From an uncultured Candidatus Rokubacteria bacterium (GTDB lineage Bacteria > Methylomirabilota > Methylomirabilia > Rokubacteriales > CSP1-6), in NCBI GenBank assembly GCA_963771355.1, contig CAVYTA010000006.1, positions 1,472,001 through 1,536,000 of the forward strand: 64,000 bases of DNA, read 5' to 3'. This document shows, one piece after another, positions 9,964-18,578 of this stretch. The notes under the pieces are model-generated. The model was not told the DNA's origin, did no database searches, and saw only the letters and a program-made list of their open reading frames with translations. Each line of letters begins with the position of its first letter. The stretch's first letter is position 1. Position numbers and translations under genes: made by a program.

Positions 9964-11375
9964 CGGACCGCGCCGCCGAGCGGCGCCATCGGCCCGCCCC
10001 GGCGGATGAACTGACCGTAGCCGGGCCGCCGCTCGAGACGGCCTCGATCCAGCAGCACCTCGCCGCGCAGCAGCGTCATCCACGGCCGGCCGCGCGCCTT
10101 CCAGCCCTCGTAGAGCGTCCAGCCGGCGATGCCCTTGTGATCGTTCACCGTGATGGTGGACTCGGGCTCCGGATCGATGATGGTGAGATCGGCGTCGGCG
10201 CCCACGCGGATGGCCCCCTTGCGCGGGTAGAGGCCGAAGATGCGCGCGGGGTTCTCCGCGAGCACGCGCGCCATCCACGTGAGCGGCAGGCCCCGCCGCA
10301 CCACGCCCTCGCTGTAGGCCAGCGGTACCAGGGTCTCCACCGACGGGCTCCCGAAGGGGACCGGCTTCCCCTCTCCGTCGACGAAGATGTTCTTCCAGCC
10401 CGGCTCCTTCAGCGCCTTGCGCCGCGGCGAGTGATCGCTGGCCAGGGTGGCGATGTGACCGCCCGCCGAGCCCGCCCAGAGCGCCTCGCCATCGCCCCCG
10501 TCGGCGGGCCGCAGCGGCGGCCCGATCTTGGCCAGGGGCCCCCACCTCTCCATCTCCTTCTCGGTGAGGAGGAGGTACTGCGGGCAGGTCTCCGTCCACA
10601 CGCGCTGGCCCTCGGCCTGCGCCTCCTTGATGCGCCGGAGCCCACCCGCGGTGGACAGATGCACCACGTACACCGGGCAGCCCGTCATCGCGCCGATGCG
10701 GATGGCCCGGTTGATCGCCTCTTCCTCCGTCCAGGGCGGACAGGTGGCCGGGAAGTCGGTGGGCTTGACGCGGCCGGCGGCGATGGCCTTGTTCTCGAGG
10801 TGATAGAGGATGTCGCCGTTCTCGCAGTGCAGCTGGCAGACGCCGCCCAGCGCGGTCAGCTTCTCCATGACCTGGGCGATGAAGTCGTCCGTGCACATCC
10901 GCTTCGGCCGTTTCTTGTACGTCATGAAGATCTTGAACGAGGTCACGCCCATCTCGAAGGCCTCGGGCATCCCCTCGAGGATGTGGGGCTCGTTGTTGAC
11001 GATGAAGTGGAAGCCGAAGTCGAGCACCGAGGCCTGGCTGGCCTCGTCCGCGATCCGCTTGGTGGCCTGCGGCAGGGTCTCCCCGTCGTTGTATTCGGCA
11101 AAGGCGATGAGGGTGGTGAGCCCGGCATGGGCCGCCGCCAGCGGGCCCGTGCTCCAGTCGTCGTACACCGCGCCCAGGTGCACGTGACAGTCGATGAGGC
11201 CGGGGAGCACGATCTTGCCGGTGGCGTCGATGGTGCGGTCCGCGGGCGGCAGCGCCTCGTCGTGGCCCAGCGCGACGATGCGGCCGCCGCGGATGGCGAC
11301 CGAGGTATCGAGCACCTCGGTGGCGGTGACGACACGGCCGCCGCGGACTATGGTGTCGACCTTGGCGGCGGCCAT
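9960..11375 (-). CDS. Dihydropyrimidinase / D-hydantoinase (amidohydrolase)
   Basis: PGLIDCHVH, SFKIFMTY, LHCENG, VVHLS, ETCPQYL and ASDHSP motifs. Confidence 0.88.
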   Translation of the reverse strand: MAAAKVDTIVRGGRVVTATEVLDTSVAIRGGRIVALGHDEALPPADRTIDATGKIVLPGLIDCHVHLGAVYDDWSTGPLAAAHAGLTTLIAFAEYNDGETLPQATKRIADEASQASVLDFGFHFIVNNEPHILEGMPEAFEMGVTSFKIFMTYKKRPKRMCTDDFIAQVMEKLTALGGVCQLHCENGDILYHLENKAIAAGRVKPTDFPATCPPWTEEEAINRAIRIGAMTGCPVYVVHLSTAGGLRRIKEAQAEGQRVWTETCPQYLLLTEKEMERWGPLAKIGPPLRPADGGDGEALWAGSAGGHIATLASDHSPRRKALKEPGWKNIFVDGEGKPVPFGSPSVETLVPLAYSEGVVRRGLPLTWMARVLAENPARIFGLYPRKGAIRVGADADLTIIDPEPESTITVNDHKGIAGWTLYEGWKARGRPWMTLLRGEVLLDRGRLERRPGYGQFIRRGGPMAPLGGAVR

Positions 11376-12259
11376 CACGCGTCCCGGTCCGCGGGCCGGA
11401 CGGGCTCGGTGATGAGACCGTAGTGCTCCGGGTGCCGCCGGCCGAAGAAGTTCCACCGCTGACGCGCGGGCGTCATCAGGTCGAGGTCGATACGCGCGGC
11501 GATCAGCTCGTCGCCGGTGCCGCCCGCCTTGGCCAGCACCTGGCCGAGCGGGCTCACGATGCAGGATCCGCCGATCAGCTCCATGCCGTCCTCGATTCCC
11601 GCCTTCGCGATGCCCACCACGAAGAGGCTGTTCTGGTACGCGCCCGCGCGCAGGCAGAGCTCGTTGAGATCCAGCGCCAGCGCGGAGAGCGGGGTGTTAT
11701 AGCCGATGAGGACGATCTCCGCGCCCTGGAGCCCCAGGCAGCGGTAGGACTCCGGATAGCGCCGGTCCTGACAGATGGCGATTCCAACCTGCGCCTTGGC
11801 GGTGGGAAAGACCTGGTAGCCCGTATTCCCCGTCTCGAAGAAGTAGGGCTCGTACACCTGCGCATGGCCGTCGGGCTTGCGGACCCCCGGAAGATGAATC
11901 TTTCTGAAGGTCCCCGCCAGCCGCCCCGCCTCATCGGTGAGGAGCGCGGTATTGAAGTAGCGTCCCTCCGCCTTCTCGGAAAAGCCCACGTGGCAGGCCA
12001 TCCGGGCCGCCTTGGCCCGCTCGAGCAGCGGCAGGAGCGCCTTGGGTGGCACCTCGGTCTCGAAGAACTGGTCGTAGTCGTCGCGGACACGCTTGGGGAA
12101 ATAGGTGGTGAGCGCCATTTCCGGATAGGCGATGAGCTCGACATCCTCCCGGACGGCCTGCTCCATGAGGGCGAGCATTCGCTCGACGATCTCTTCGCGG
12201 CTCGTCCCCTCGTTGTTGGGGCCCATCTGGGCGGCGGCGACCTTGACGAAGCGTGGCAT
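11375..12259 (-). CDS. Carbon-nitrogen hydrolase, N-carbamoyl-D-amino acid amidohydrolase-like
   Basis: Nitrilase triad E-K-C: YPEMALTTYF, FRKIHLPG, ICQDRRYPE; GYNTP. Confidence 0.85.
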   Translation of the reverse strand: MPRFVKVAAAQMGPNNEGTSREEIVERMLALMEQAVREDVELIAYPEMALTTYFPKRVRDDYDQFFETEVPPKALLPLLERAKAARMACHVGFSEKAEGRYFNTALLTDEAGRLAGTFRKIHLPGVRKPDGHAQVYEPYFFETGNTGYQVFPTAKAQVGIAICQDRRYPESYRCLGLQGAEIVLIGYNTPLSALALDLNELCLRAGAYQNSLFVVGIAKAGIEDGMELIGGSCIVSPLGQVLAKAGGTGDELIAARIDLDLMTPARQRWNFFGRRHPEHYGLITEPVRPADRDA

Positions 12260-12357
12260 GGCGATCTCCTCTCGGCGCGGAAGCTCCGCGGCTCCAGCCC
12301 CTCATACCGCAGCCGGGGCCAATGGGCAAGTGCCGGGGCCGGTGGATGCGGTGAGCG

Positions 12358-13059
12358 TCAGGGGGAACGCCGCGAGGGAATGCGTGCCGGCCAGAAGATG
12401 TCCACGTCAACGCCCGGGGAATAGTGGCACAGCGGCGGCTCCTCGGGGGCGGCGAGGCCGGCGGCGCTCACGAGCGATTCGGTCAAGCTGTCGACGCGGG
12501 CATGGTGGAGCGGGTACGGGCGGTGCCGGACCCGCGCCCGATGGATTCGGCCCCACCGAGCGACGTAGAGGCTATATCGCTCGATCAGGAAGTGATCGCG
12601 GGTGCCGGAGGCGGCGAGACCGATCGGCTCGCCGGCAGTCCAGGTGACCAGGAGCTGGGCCGGTCTCCCCCGGCGGCGGCGGGAGGCGTAGTCGACGCGC
12701 GCGCCCTCCTTCCGCATGGACATGGTCGCCGGAAAGTACGGCAATCCATACAAGAGCCTGGCCCCCAGCACCGCGACCAGAGAGGACGCGTCCAGCGACC
12801 AGAAGTAGATCCCGGGCTCGCCGTCCGGACCCCGGACATAGGTTCTGAGATTCGTCTCGAGCAGACGCGCCGCGAGGAGGGGCGGCCAGCCCACCGGACG
12901 GGACTCGGCGATCAGAAACGGGATCAGCGTGATCCAGGCCTGACCCGCGAACAGGTCGAGGTCGAGACCAGCCGGCACCAGCCGCCTGATCGCGCCGGGA
13001 GGTACGGGCCAGTGCAGGAACAGGAGGTCGCGCCAGCGCTGATACCCGACCGGTCTCAG
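12358..13059 (-). CDS. YqjF/DUF2071 family protein (probable CTG start)
   Basis: YQRWRDLLFLHWP, ETNLRTYV, GIYFWSLDA and FLIERY; the conserved N-terminus extends upstream of the listed ORF to a CTG overlapping the upstream TGA. Confidence 0.8.
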   Translation of the reverse strand: MRPVGYQRWRDLLFLHWPVPPGAIRRLVPAGLDLDLFAGQAWITLIPFLIAESRPVGWPPLLAARLLETNLRTYVRGPDGEPGIYFWSLDASSLVAVLGARLLYGLPYFPATMSMRKEGARVDYASRRRRGRPAQLLVTWTAGEPIGLAASGTRDHFLIERYSLYVARWGRIHRARVRHRPYPLHHARVDSLTESLVSAAGLAAPEEPPLCHYSPGVDVDIFWPARIPSRRSP

Positions 13060-13436
13060 CTTCCCGTCTCGCGCACCGTCATGACCTCGAGCAAGTGGCC
13101 GCTGGGATCCTCGAAGTAGAAGCCACGCCCGCCCCGGCGCGTATTGATCCGGCGGTTGGTGTGGCGGTCGGGCTCGCTGCCGTACGGGATCCCCTTCGCC
13201 TTCACGCGGTCGAAGATGGCGTCGAACTCCCGGTCGCTGACGTGGAAGGCGTAGTGGAGGCCCTGGAACGGATCCGACTCATCGGCGAAATCGAACGTGA
13301 GGCTCTCGTTCACCCGCACCTGCGCGAAGTAGCCGGAGCCGGGCGTCACCGTCAGGCCGAGCATCTCGGCGAAGAAGCGCGCCGAGGCGACTTTGTCTTT
13401 CGCGGGCACGATGGTGTGATCCAGGCGAATGGTCAT
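13056..13436 (-). CDS. VOC/glyoxalase family protein
   Basis: LDHTIV, HYAFHV and GRGFYFEDPSGHLLEV motifs; GGAGGT RBS. Confidence 0.88.
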   Translation of the reverse strand: MTIRLDHTIVPAKDKVASARFFAEMLGLTVTPGSGYFAQVRVNESLTFDFADESDPFQGLHYAFHVSDREFDAIFDRVKAKGIPYGSEPDRHTNRRINTRRGGRGFYFEDPSGHLLEVMTVRETGS

Positions 13437-13612
13437 GGCTCACCTCCACGATTGGGATGCCCGGCCGGTGGCTGATGGATTCAACCCCGCAAGACGGCGG
13501 CGCGTCGGGGCGCGGGTGCGGTCGCGCCTCGAGCCTCTGCTTCCTCCAGGCCGGACTCGTCCGAGTGGGGTCAGGAGCGCGCTACAATGCGTGTATCCGA
13601 AGCCACGCGAGG

Positions 13613-14440
13613 GTGACCACGAGCTCCAACGCCCCGCCGCCCAACCCGGTCAGTCGGAAGATCCACGCCGAGCGAATCCTCCTCCTCGGGTGGGGACGCG
13701 CGCTCCTGCTGCAGTTCGCCCACCCGCTCGTCGCCCAGGGCATCGCCGAGCACAGCGGCTTCCTCCGCCACCGGCGCGGCCGCTGGAGTCGCCTCCGGCG
13801 GACCCTGGACGCGATGCTGGTCCTGACCTTCGGCACGCCCGACGAGGCGGCCGGCGTCGCGCGCGGGATCAACGCCATCCATGATCGGGTGCACGGGCCG
13901 ATCGCCTTTCCGCTCGCGGCGGACTCCGCACCCGCATATTCCGCCCATGACCCCGAGCTGCTCCGCTGGGTCCACGCCACGCTCGTGGATAGTTTCATCC
14001 TCACCTACGAGCTCTACGTGGCGCCCCTGACGCCGGACGAGAAGGAGCAGTACTGCGCCGAGTCGGCAGGCATCGAACCGCTTCTCGGGATCCCGCCGGG
14101 CTTCCTGCCCCGGAGCATGGGGGCGCTCGAGTGTTACATGCAGTCCATGCTCGCCGGGCCGGACCTCGTGGTGAGCGACTTCGCCCGCCGTCTCGCCCGT
14201 GAGCTACTCACGCCGGTTCCGCGGATCGCGCTCCCCCTCATGGCGCTCGCGCGGCTCCCGACCGTCGGCCTACTCCCCGCGGGACTTCGCGACGAGTACG
14301 GCCTGGCGTGGTCGACTCGGCACGAGGCCGCGCTGGGCGCATCCGCGCGGGTAATACGGATGCTGCTTCGCGTCATGCCGCGTCCGATCCGCCATTGGCG
14401 GGTGAGTCGTTTCGTTCGGCCATGGGGAGGAATGGCCTAG
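13613..14440 (+). CDS. MpaB/DUF2236 oxygenase-like family protein
   Basis: RALLLQFAHPLVAQG, INAIHDRVHG and YSAHDPELLRWVHATL motifs; start uncertain. Confidence 0.82.
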   Translation: MTTSSNAPPPNPVSRKIHAERILLLGWGRALLLQFAHPLVAQGIAEHSGFLRHRRGRWSRLRRTLDAMLVLTFGTPDEAAGVARGINAIHDRVHGPIAFPLAADSAPAYSAHDPELLRWVHATLVDSFILTYELYVAPLTPDEKEQYCAESAGIEPLLGIPPGFLPRSMGALECYMQSMLAGPDLVVSDFARRLARELLTPVPRIALPLMALARLPTVGLLPAGLRDEYGLAWSTRHEAALGASARVIRMLLRVMPRPIRHWRVSRFVRPWGGMA

Positions 14441-14513
14441 GAAAGCTTACGTAGTGCCTCAGCTCGTCGACAGTATCAGCAGTACATTCAAGGTCTTACA
14501 TCAGCTCGTTGAT

Positions 14514-14529
14514 CGGTGCGATGCTTGCA
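14514..14529 (+). promoter_or_regulatory. Candidate sigma54 promoter (-24/-12)
   Basis: CGGTGCGATGCTTGCA has GG-N10-GC spacing and lies in an AT-richer intergenic region upstream of 14556. Confidence 0.45.
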
Positions 14530-14555
14530 AGTCCGACGTTCCTTAGGAGGGGCGC

Positions 14556-14762
14556 ATGGACCTGCTCGATGAGATTGGCGATCTGGTAACTCGGGCCGGG
14601 GGCATCTTCAACGGGATCTGGGAGACCCCTGGCGGGCGCTTCGCCACCGTGACCGACCCAAGCACCCTCTCCACCGCGTTGACGCCGGTGGCGGGAATCT
14701 CGCTCTCGTCTATCCAGACGACTCTCGACCGCGTGCGCCGGAGCTTCGAACCGGCGCCGTAG
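14556..14762 (+). CDS. Small hypothetical protein (68 aa)
   Basis: Strong RBS (TAGGAGG) and ATG; no recognisable family. Confidence 0.6.
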   Translation: MDLLDEIGDLVTRAGGIFNGIWETPGGRFATVTDPSTLSTALTPVAGISLSSIQTTLDRVRRSFEPAP

Positions 14763-14788
14763 CTCAGGCCGTCGACCGAGCAGAGATA

Positions 14789-14818
14789 AAGGGGCTACGG
14801 GGTGACCCGTAGCCCCTT
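14789..14818 (-). terminator. Intrinsic terminator-like hairpin adjacent to the att repeat
   Basis: Perfect 13-bp inverted repeat AAGGGGCTACGGG-GTGA-CCCGTAGCCCCTT; similar to the hairpin downstream of the tRNA (29884-29912). Confidence 0.7.
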
Positions 14819-14821
14819 CTC

Positions 14822-14839
14822 ATTGGAGCGGCCGACCGG
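14822..14839 (-). repeat. att-site direct repeat (copy of tRNA-Gly 3' end)
   Basis: ATTGGAGCGGCCGACCGG is identical to 29923-29940. Confidence 0.9.
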
Positions 14840-14872
14840 TATGGCGCCAAATGGCACGTGGCGCAATGGCCG

Positions 14873-16135
14873 CTAGGGGTGGAGGAGCCCGTCCCCGCCG
14901 GCCGGCCGGGACGCCATGTGGCCCAGCTCGATCGGGATGGCGGCCTTGGCGAGTACGGTGAAGACAAAGGCGCCCAGCGCCCACAGTCCCGCGCTCACCG
15001 TGATCTCCACCCAGCTCGGCACGTAGCGCGGGATCTTGCCCCACGGCTCGGGGACGAAGCCGGGGACGATGGTGCCGACGCTCTTCTCGATCAGGATGCC
15101 GATGAAGAGCATCGCGCAGAGCACATAGAGGAGGGGCGGGGTGTGGCGCACGCGGTGCACGCTCAGGAGCGCCGTCGCCGCCACGATGAGGCCCACGGAC
15201 GTCCAGGCCCAGGGGACGAGATCGCGCTGGCCGTGGAGGCCGAAGTAGAGGTACACCGCGCTCTCGCTGTGGTGCGTGGTCCGGTAGAACTCGGTGAAGA
15301 GCTCCGACACCAGGATCACCAGGCACACCTGGGCCGCCACCGTGGCGATCAGCGCGAGCTTCTGGAGCGTGGCGTCCGGCACGTGATAGGGCGTGTTCCG
15401 CCGGATCACGGCCAGGATGATGATCATCAGCGCGGGCCCCGCCGCGAAGGCGGTGGCGAGGAAGCGCGGCCCGAGCAGCGCCGTGTGCCAGTACGGGCGC
15501 GCGGGCAGGCCGGCGTAGAGGAACGACGTCACCAGGTGCACACTCACCGCCCACAGGATGGAGAGGAACACCGCGGGCACGTAGTAGCGAGGGTTGGGCT
15601 CGCGGCCGCGGTAGTGGCTGTAGAGGATGTAGAACGGGATGGCGAGGTTCAGGGCCAGATAGCCGTTGAGCACGAGGATGTCCCACGCCAGCATCGAGCG
15701 GGGCCAGTTGAAGATGCCGATGACGGGGGTGAGATGCCAGAGGCGCGCCGGCCCGCCCACGTCCACCACCACGAAGCCGATGGCGGTGACGAGCGCGGCC
15801 ACCGCAAGGCCCTCGCCGAAGAGCACCGCGCTCTTGAAGTCCTGGTCGTGGAGCACGTAGGTCGGCATCACGAGGATGACGGCGGCGGCGGCCATGCCCA
15901 CCAGGAAGGTGAAGCACGAGATGTAGAGGCCCCAGCTCACGTGGTCGTGCATGCCGGTGGCGGCGAGGCCTTCACGGAGCTGAATGGAGTACGCGAAGGC
16001 CGCGCAGAGCATCACCAGCGTGAGCAGCGCCATCCACACGTGGTAGAGGGCGTGGCCGCGCGTGACTTCGCGGAGGGCATCCAGCAGGAAGCCGACCAGG
16101 GTGGCGCGAGGCGGGGGAGCCGTGGCCGTGCTCAT
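14873..16135 (-). CDS. nrfD: NrfD/PsrC-family membrane quinol-interacting subunit
   Basis: TGMHDHVSWGLYI, VDVGGPARLWH, SMLAWD and ARPYWHT motifs; about 10 TM helices. Confidence 0.85.
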   Translation of the reverse strand: MSTATAPPPRATLVGFLLDALREVTRGHALYHVWMALLTLVMLCAAFAYSIQLREGLAATGMHDHVSWGLYISCFTFLVGMAAAAVILVMPTYVLHDQDFKSAVLFGEGLAVAALVTAIGFVVVDVGGPARLWHLTPVIGIFNWPRSMLAWDILVLNGYLALNLAIPFYILYSHYRGREPNPRYYVPAVFLSILWAVSVHLVTSFLYAGLPARPYWHTALLGPRFLATAFAAGPALMIIILAVIRRNTPYHVPDATLQKLALIATVAAQVCLVILVSELFTEFYRTTHHSESAVYLYFGLHGQRDLVPWAWTSVGLIVAATALLSVHRVRHTPPLLYVLCAMLFIGILIEKSVGTIVPGFVPEPWGKIPRYVPSWVEITVSAGLWALGAFVFTVLAKAAIPIELGHMASRPAGGDGLLHP

Positions 16136-16141
16136 GCCGCG

Positions 16142-17275
16142 TCAGTCCATGTAGTACCAGAACTTCGGCTCGGTCCCGAGATCCTCCTTCAGGCGGAACA
16201 CCTTCTTGTTCGCGAGCACCCAGCGGATCTCGCTGTCGGGGTCGAGGAGGTTGCCGAACACGCGCGCGCCCGTCGGGCAGGCTTCCACGCACGCCGGGTT
16301 CTTCCCCTCGCGCGAGCGCTGGATGCAGAAGGTGCACTTCTCGACCACGCCCTGCTTCCGGAGGCGGTTGCCCAGGTAGTGCTGATTCGGGTTCACCTCG
16401 TCGGCGGGGACGACGGGATCCGACCAGTTGAAGCGGCGCGCATCGTAGGGGCAGGCCGCGATGCAGTAGCGGCAGCCGATGCACCAGTTGTAGTCCACCA
16501 CCACGATGCCGTCCGGCTCCATCCACGTGGCCTTGACCGGGCAGACGTCCACGCACGGCGGGTTCTGGCAGTGGAAGCACTGCGTGCCGATATAGAAGTG
16601 CCCGGCCGCGGGGACCTCGTGGAAGAAGTTGTCCTCGGCGTGGCCGAAGTCGATCTGCCCTTTCTTGTGCTCATGGATGCGGATGTACTGGATGCCGGTG
16701 CGCCGGTCCTGGTTGTTCTCCTTCACGCAGCCGCGGATGCAGTCCATGTAGCCCCGGCACTTCGAGATGTTGAAGGCGTAGCCGTAGAGCACGCCCGGCC
16801 GCGCCCCGGTGGCGCTCACGTCGATTTGCTGCCCGGTGCGGAGCTGATGGCTGCGCTCGAGGCGGCGCACGGTGTCCGACTTCTCCTGGTCGGTCATCAG
16901 GCGGAAGTTCCCCTGGAAGTACTCCTGCCAGTCGAGCACCGCCCTTTCCTTGGCCTCGGCGGACGCGATGGGGTTGCACGCGGTCTGGAAGAGCCCGAGC
17001 CCGGCAAGGAGCCCGCCGGCGATGCCCCCCAGCGCGGTGCGGCGGTCCACCTCGCGCTCCAGCAGCTGGCGGAAGCCGGAGAGGTGCGGATCCTCGCCCG
17101 GGTCGAGGCCCTCCGGCGGGGGCATGGCGGCGGCGAGCTGGCGCACGCGCGCGAGGCCGCCGTCGGCGCTACCGCTGCCGCACCCGCAGCCGCCACCGCC
17201 GCAGCCGCAGCCACCACCGCCGGCGCCATGTACGGCGCGAGGCTGAATCACGGGAAGCGGACGGTTCATCGTCAT
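16142..17275 (-). CDS. NrfC/PsrB-like Fe-S electron-transfer protein
   Basis: CRGYMDCIRGC, CFHCQNPPCVDVCP, CIGCRYCIAACP and CTFC..CVEACP motifs; twin-Arg-like DRRTALG segment; ATG overlaps the upstream TGA. Confidence 0.88.
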   Translation of the reverse strand: MTMNRPLPVIQPRAVHGAGGGGCGCGGGGCGCGSGSADGGLARVRQLAAAMPPPEGLDPGEDPHLSGFRQLLEREVDRRTALGGIAGGLLAGLGLFQTACNPIASAEAKERAVLDWQEYFQGNFRLMTDQEKSDTVRRLERSHQLRTGQQIDVSATGARPGVLYGYAFNISKCRGYMDCIRGCVKENNQDRRTGIQYIRIHEHKKGQIDFGHAEDNFFHEVPAAGHFYIGTQCFHCQNPPCVDVCPVKATWMEPDGIVVVDYNWCIGCRYCIAACPYDARRFNWSDPVVPADEVNPNQHYLGNRLRKQGVVEKCTFCIQRSREGKNPACVEACPTGARVFGNLLDPDSEIRWVLANKKVFRLKEDLGTEPKFWYYMD

Positions 17276-17873
17276 TCCTGTCTCCCGGCCACGGCGGGCC
17301 ACCGCGTGTCCCACCGCGGCTGATGCGGGTTGTGACACTGCGCGCAGGCGAAGATCACCCGGGGCGGCGCCCAGCCGCCCGCGCGCTTGCCGTGCGCGCC
17401 GCTGGCCCAGTCGCTCGCCTGGCGGCTATGGCACTGGGCGCACACCTGATAGCTGTGATCGAAGCCGACCGGGCTGCCCCCGAGGGTGCGCAGCGTGTGG
17501 GGAGTGTCCGGCGTGTGGCAGGTCGCGCAGGACATCACCGACGCCGGCGCGTGCTTCAGCGTCACGCCCCAGTGCGCGCGCCGGGGCGAGCCCGCGGGCC
17601 CGCGCATCCGCTCCAGCGGCACCGTGTGGCAGGTGGCGCAGGGATACTTCTCGATGGCGGGCGTGCGCGCGAGGACGGAGAAGCGCGGCCGATCGGGATA
17701 GCCCTGCACCTCCACCCGCGCCGCGCCCGCGAGGAAGGCCTCGGTGCTGAGCCCCGCGTTCGGGTTCGGCGCCTGCGCGCGCTCCGTGATGCCGCAGCAC
17801 CGGCACCGGGGCCGGCTCCTGCTGGCACGCCGCGAGGAAGAGCGCCGCGGCCGACGAGCGCGGCGAGCCTCAT
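17272..17873 (-). CDS. Tetraheme c-type cytochrome, probable lipoprotein (two apparent frameshifts in the 5' part)
   Basis: Four CxxCH (CATCH twice, CAQCH twice); ATG at 17873 overlaps the napB stop; signal with LAAC lipobox is readable only across frame changes. Confidence 0.8.
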
Positions 17874-18562
17874 CGCGCGGCCTCCGCCGGGCGCGCGAAG
17901 GCCTCCGCCGGCGGCGCGGCGAGGGCGTGGCATTGCCGGCAGGTCACGCGCTCCGGGTGGCTCGTGCGGAACTCGTCCACCGCCGCCGGGCCCGCGTGAC
18001 ACGCGCGGCAGTTCTCCCGCATCTGGAGCGCGTGCGGGATAGGCGGCGGGCTGCCCGGCATGGCCGCGCCCCGTAGCGGCGGCGGCCCCGTCGTTTCCCA
18101 GCCGGTCGCCTGAAAGGCGGGCCGCCCCGCCTGCGGCACGTGGCACTGGCGGCAGGAGATGAGCTCGGGGTGCGGCGTGACGGGCGCGTAGGCCTCGAAG
18201 CGCGGCGCCCAGCCGCCGTCGCCGTGGCAGGCGAGGCAGAGGCGGCCGCCGGCGTCGCCCTCGTCGATCGCGTGCGGGATGACGGGCGGCGCCCCCGGAT
18301 AGGCCCGCCGCGCGTAGTAGACGGCGCGCGTGCGCTTGCGGTTCGGCTCCTTCGGCATGGCCGCGTACTCTGCAGCCGCGTCCACGCGCGCGTACATGCC
18401 GGCCTCCGTCGGCAGCGTGGGCATCGGCGCGGCCTGCACCGGCAGCACGCGCGCGGGCCGCTCGCCCGCGGTGAGGCTCAGCCCCACGACGACGACGAGC
18501 GCCGCCATCAGGAGCACGCCGAGGCCGATCAGGAAGTAGCGGGACCGATCCACGGAGGTCAT
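17870..18562 (-). CDS. napB: NapB-like nitrate reductase cytochrome c subunit, duplicated tetraheme form with N-terminal TM/signal
   Basis: YPGAPPVIPH and PGSPPPIPH NapB motifs; CLACH, CRQCH, CRACH and CRQCH. Confidence 0.8.
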   Translation of the reverse strand: MTSVDRSRYFLIGLGVLLMAALVVVVGLSLTAGERPARVLPVQAAPMPTLPTEAGMYARVDAAAEYAAMPKEPNRKRTRAVYYARRAYPGAPPVIPHAIDEGDAGGRLCLACHGDGGWAPRFEAYAPVTPHPELISCRQCHVPQAGRPAFQATGWETTGPPPLRGAAMPGSPPPIPHALQMRENCRACHAGPAAVDEFRTSHPERVTCRQCHALAAPPAEAFARPAEAAR

Positions 18563-18578
18563 GCCGGCGGCGCCGCCC

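Noticed and set aside
17272..17873. Programmed frameshifting or pseudogene status for the cytochrome c
   Set aside because: No slippery sequence seen; similar single-base indels occur across the window (near 7043, 22365 and in the cyclases), so sequencing error is more parsimonious
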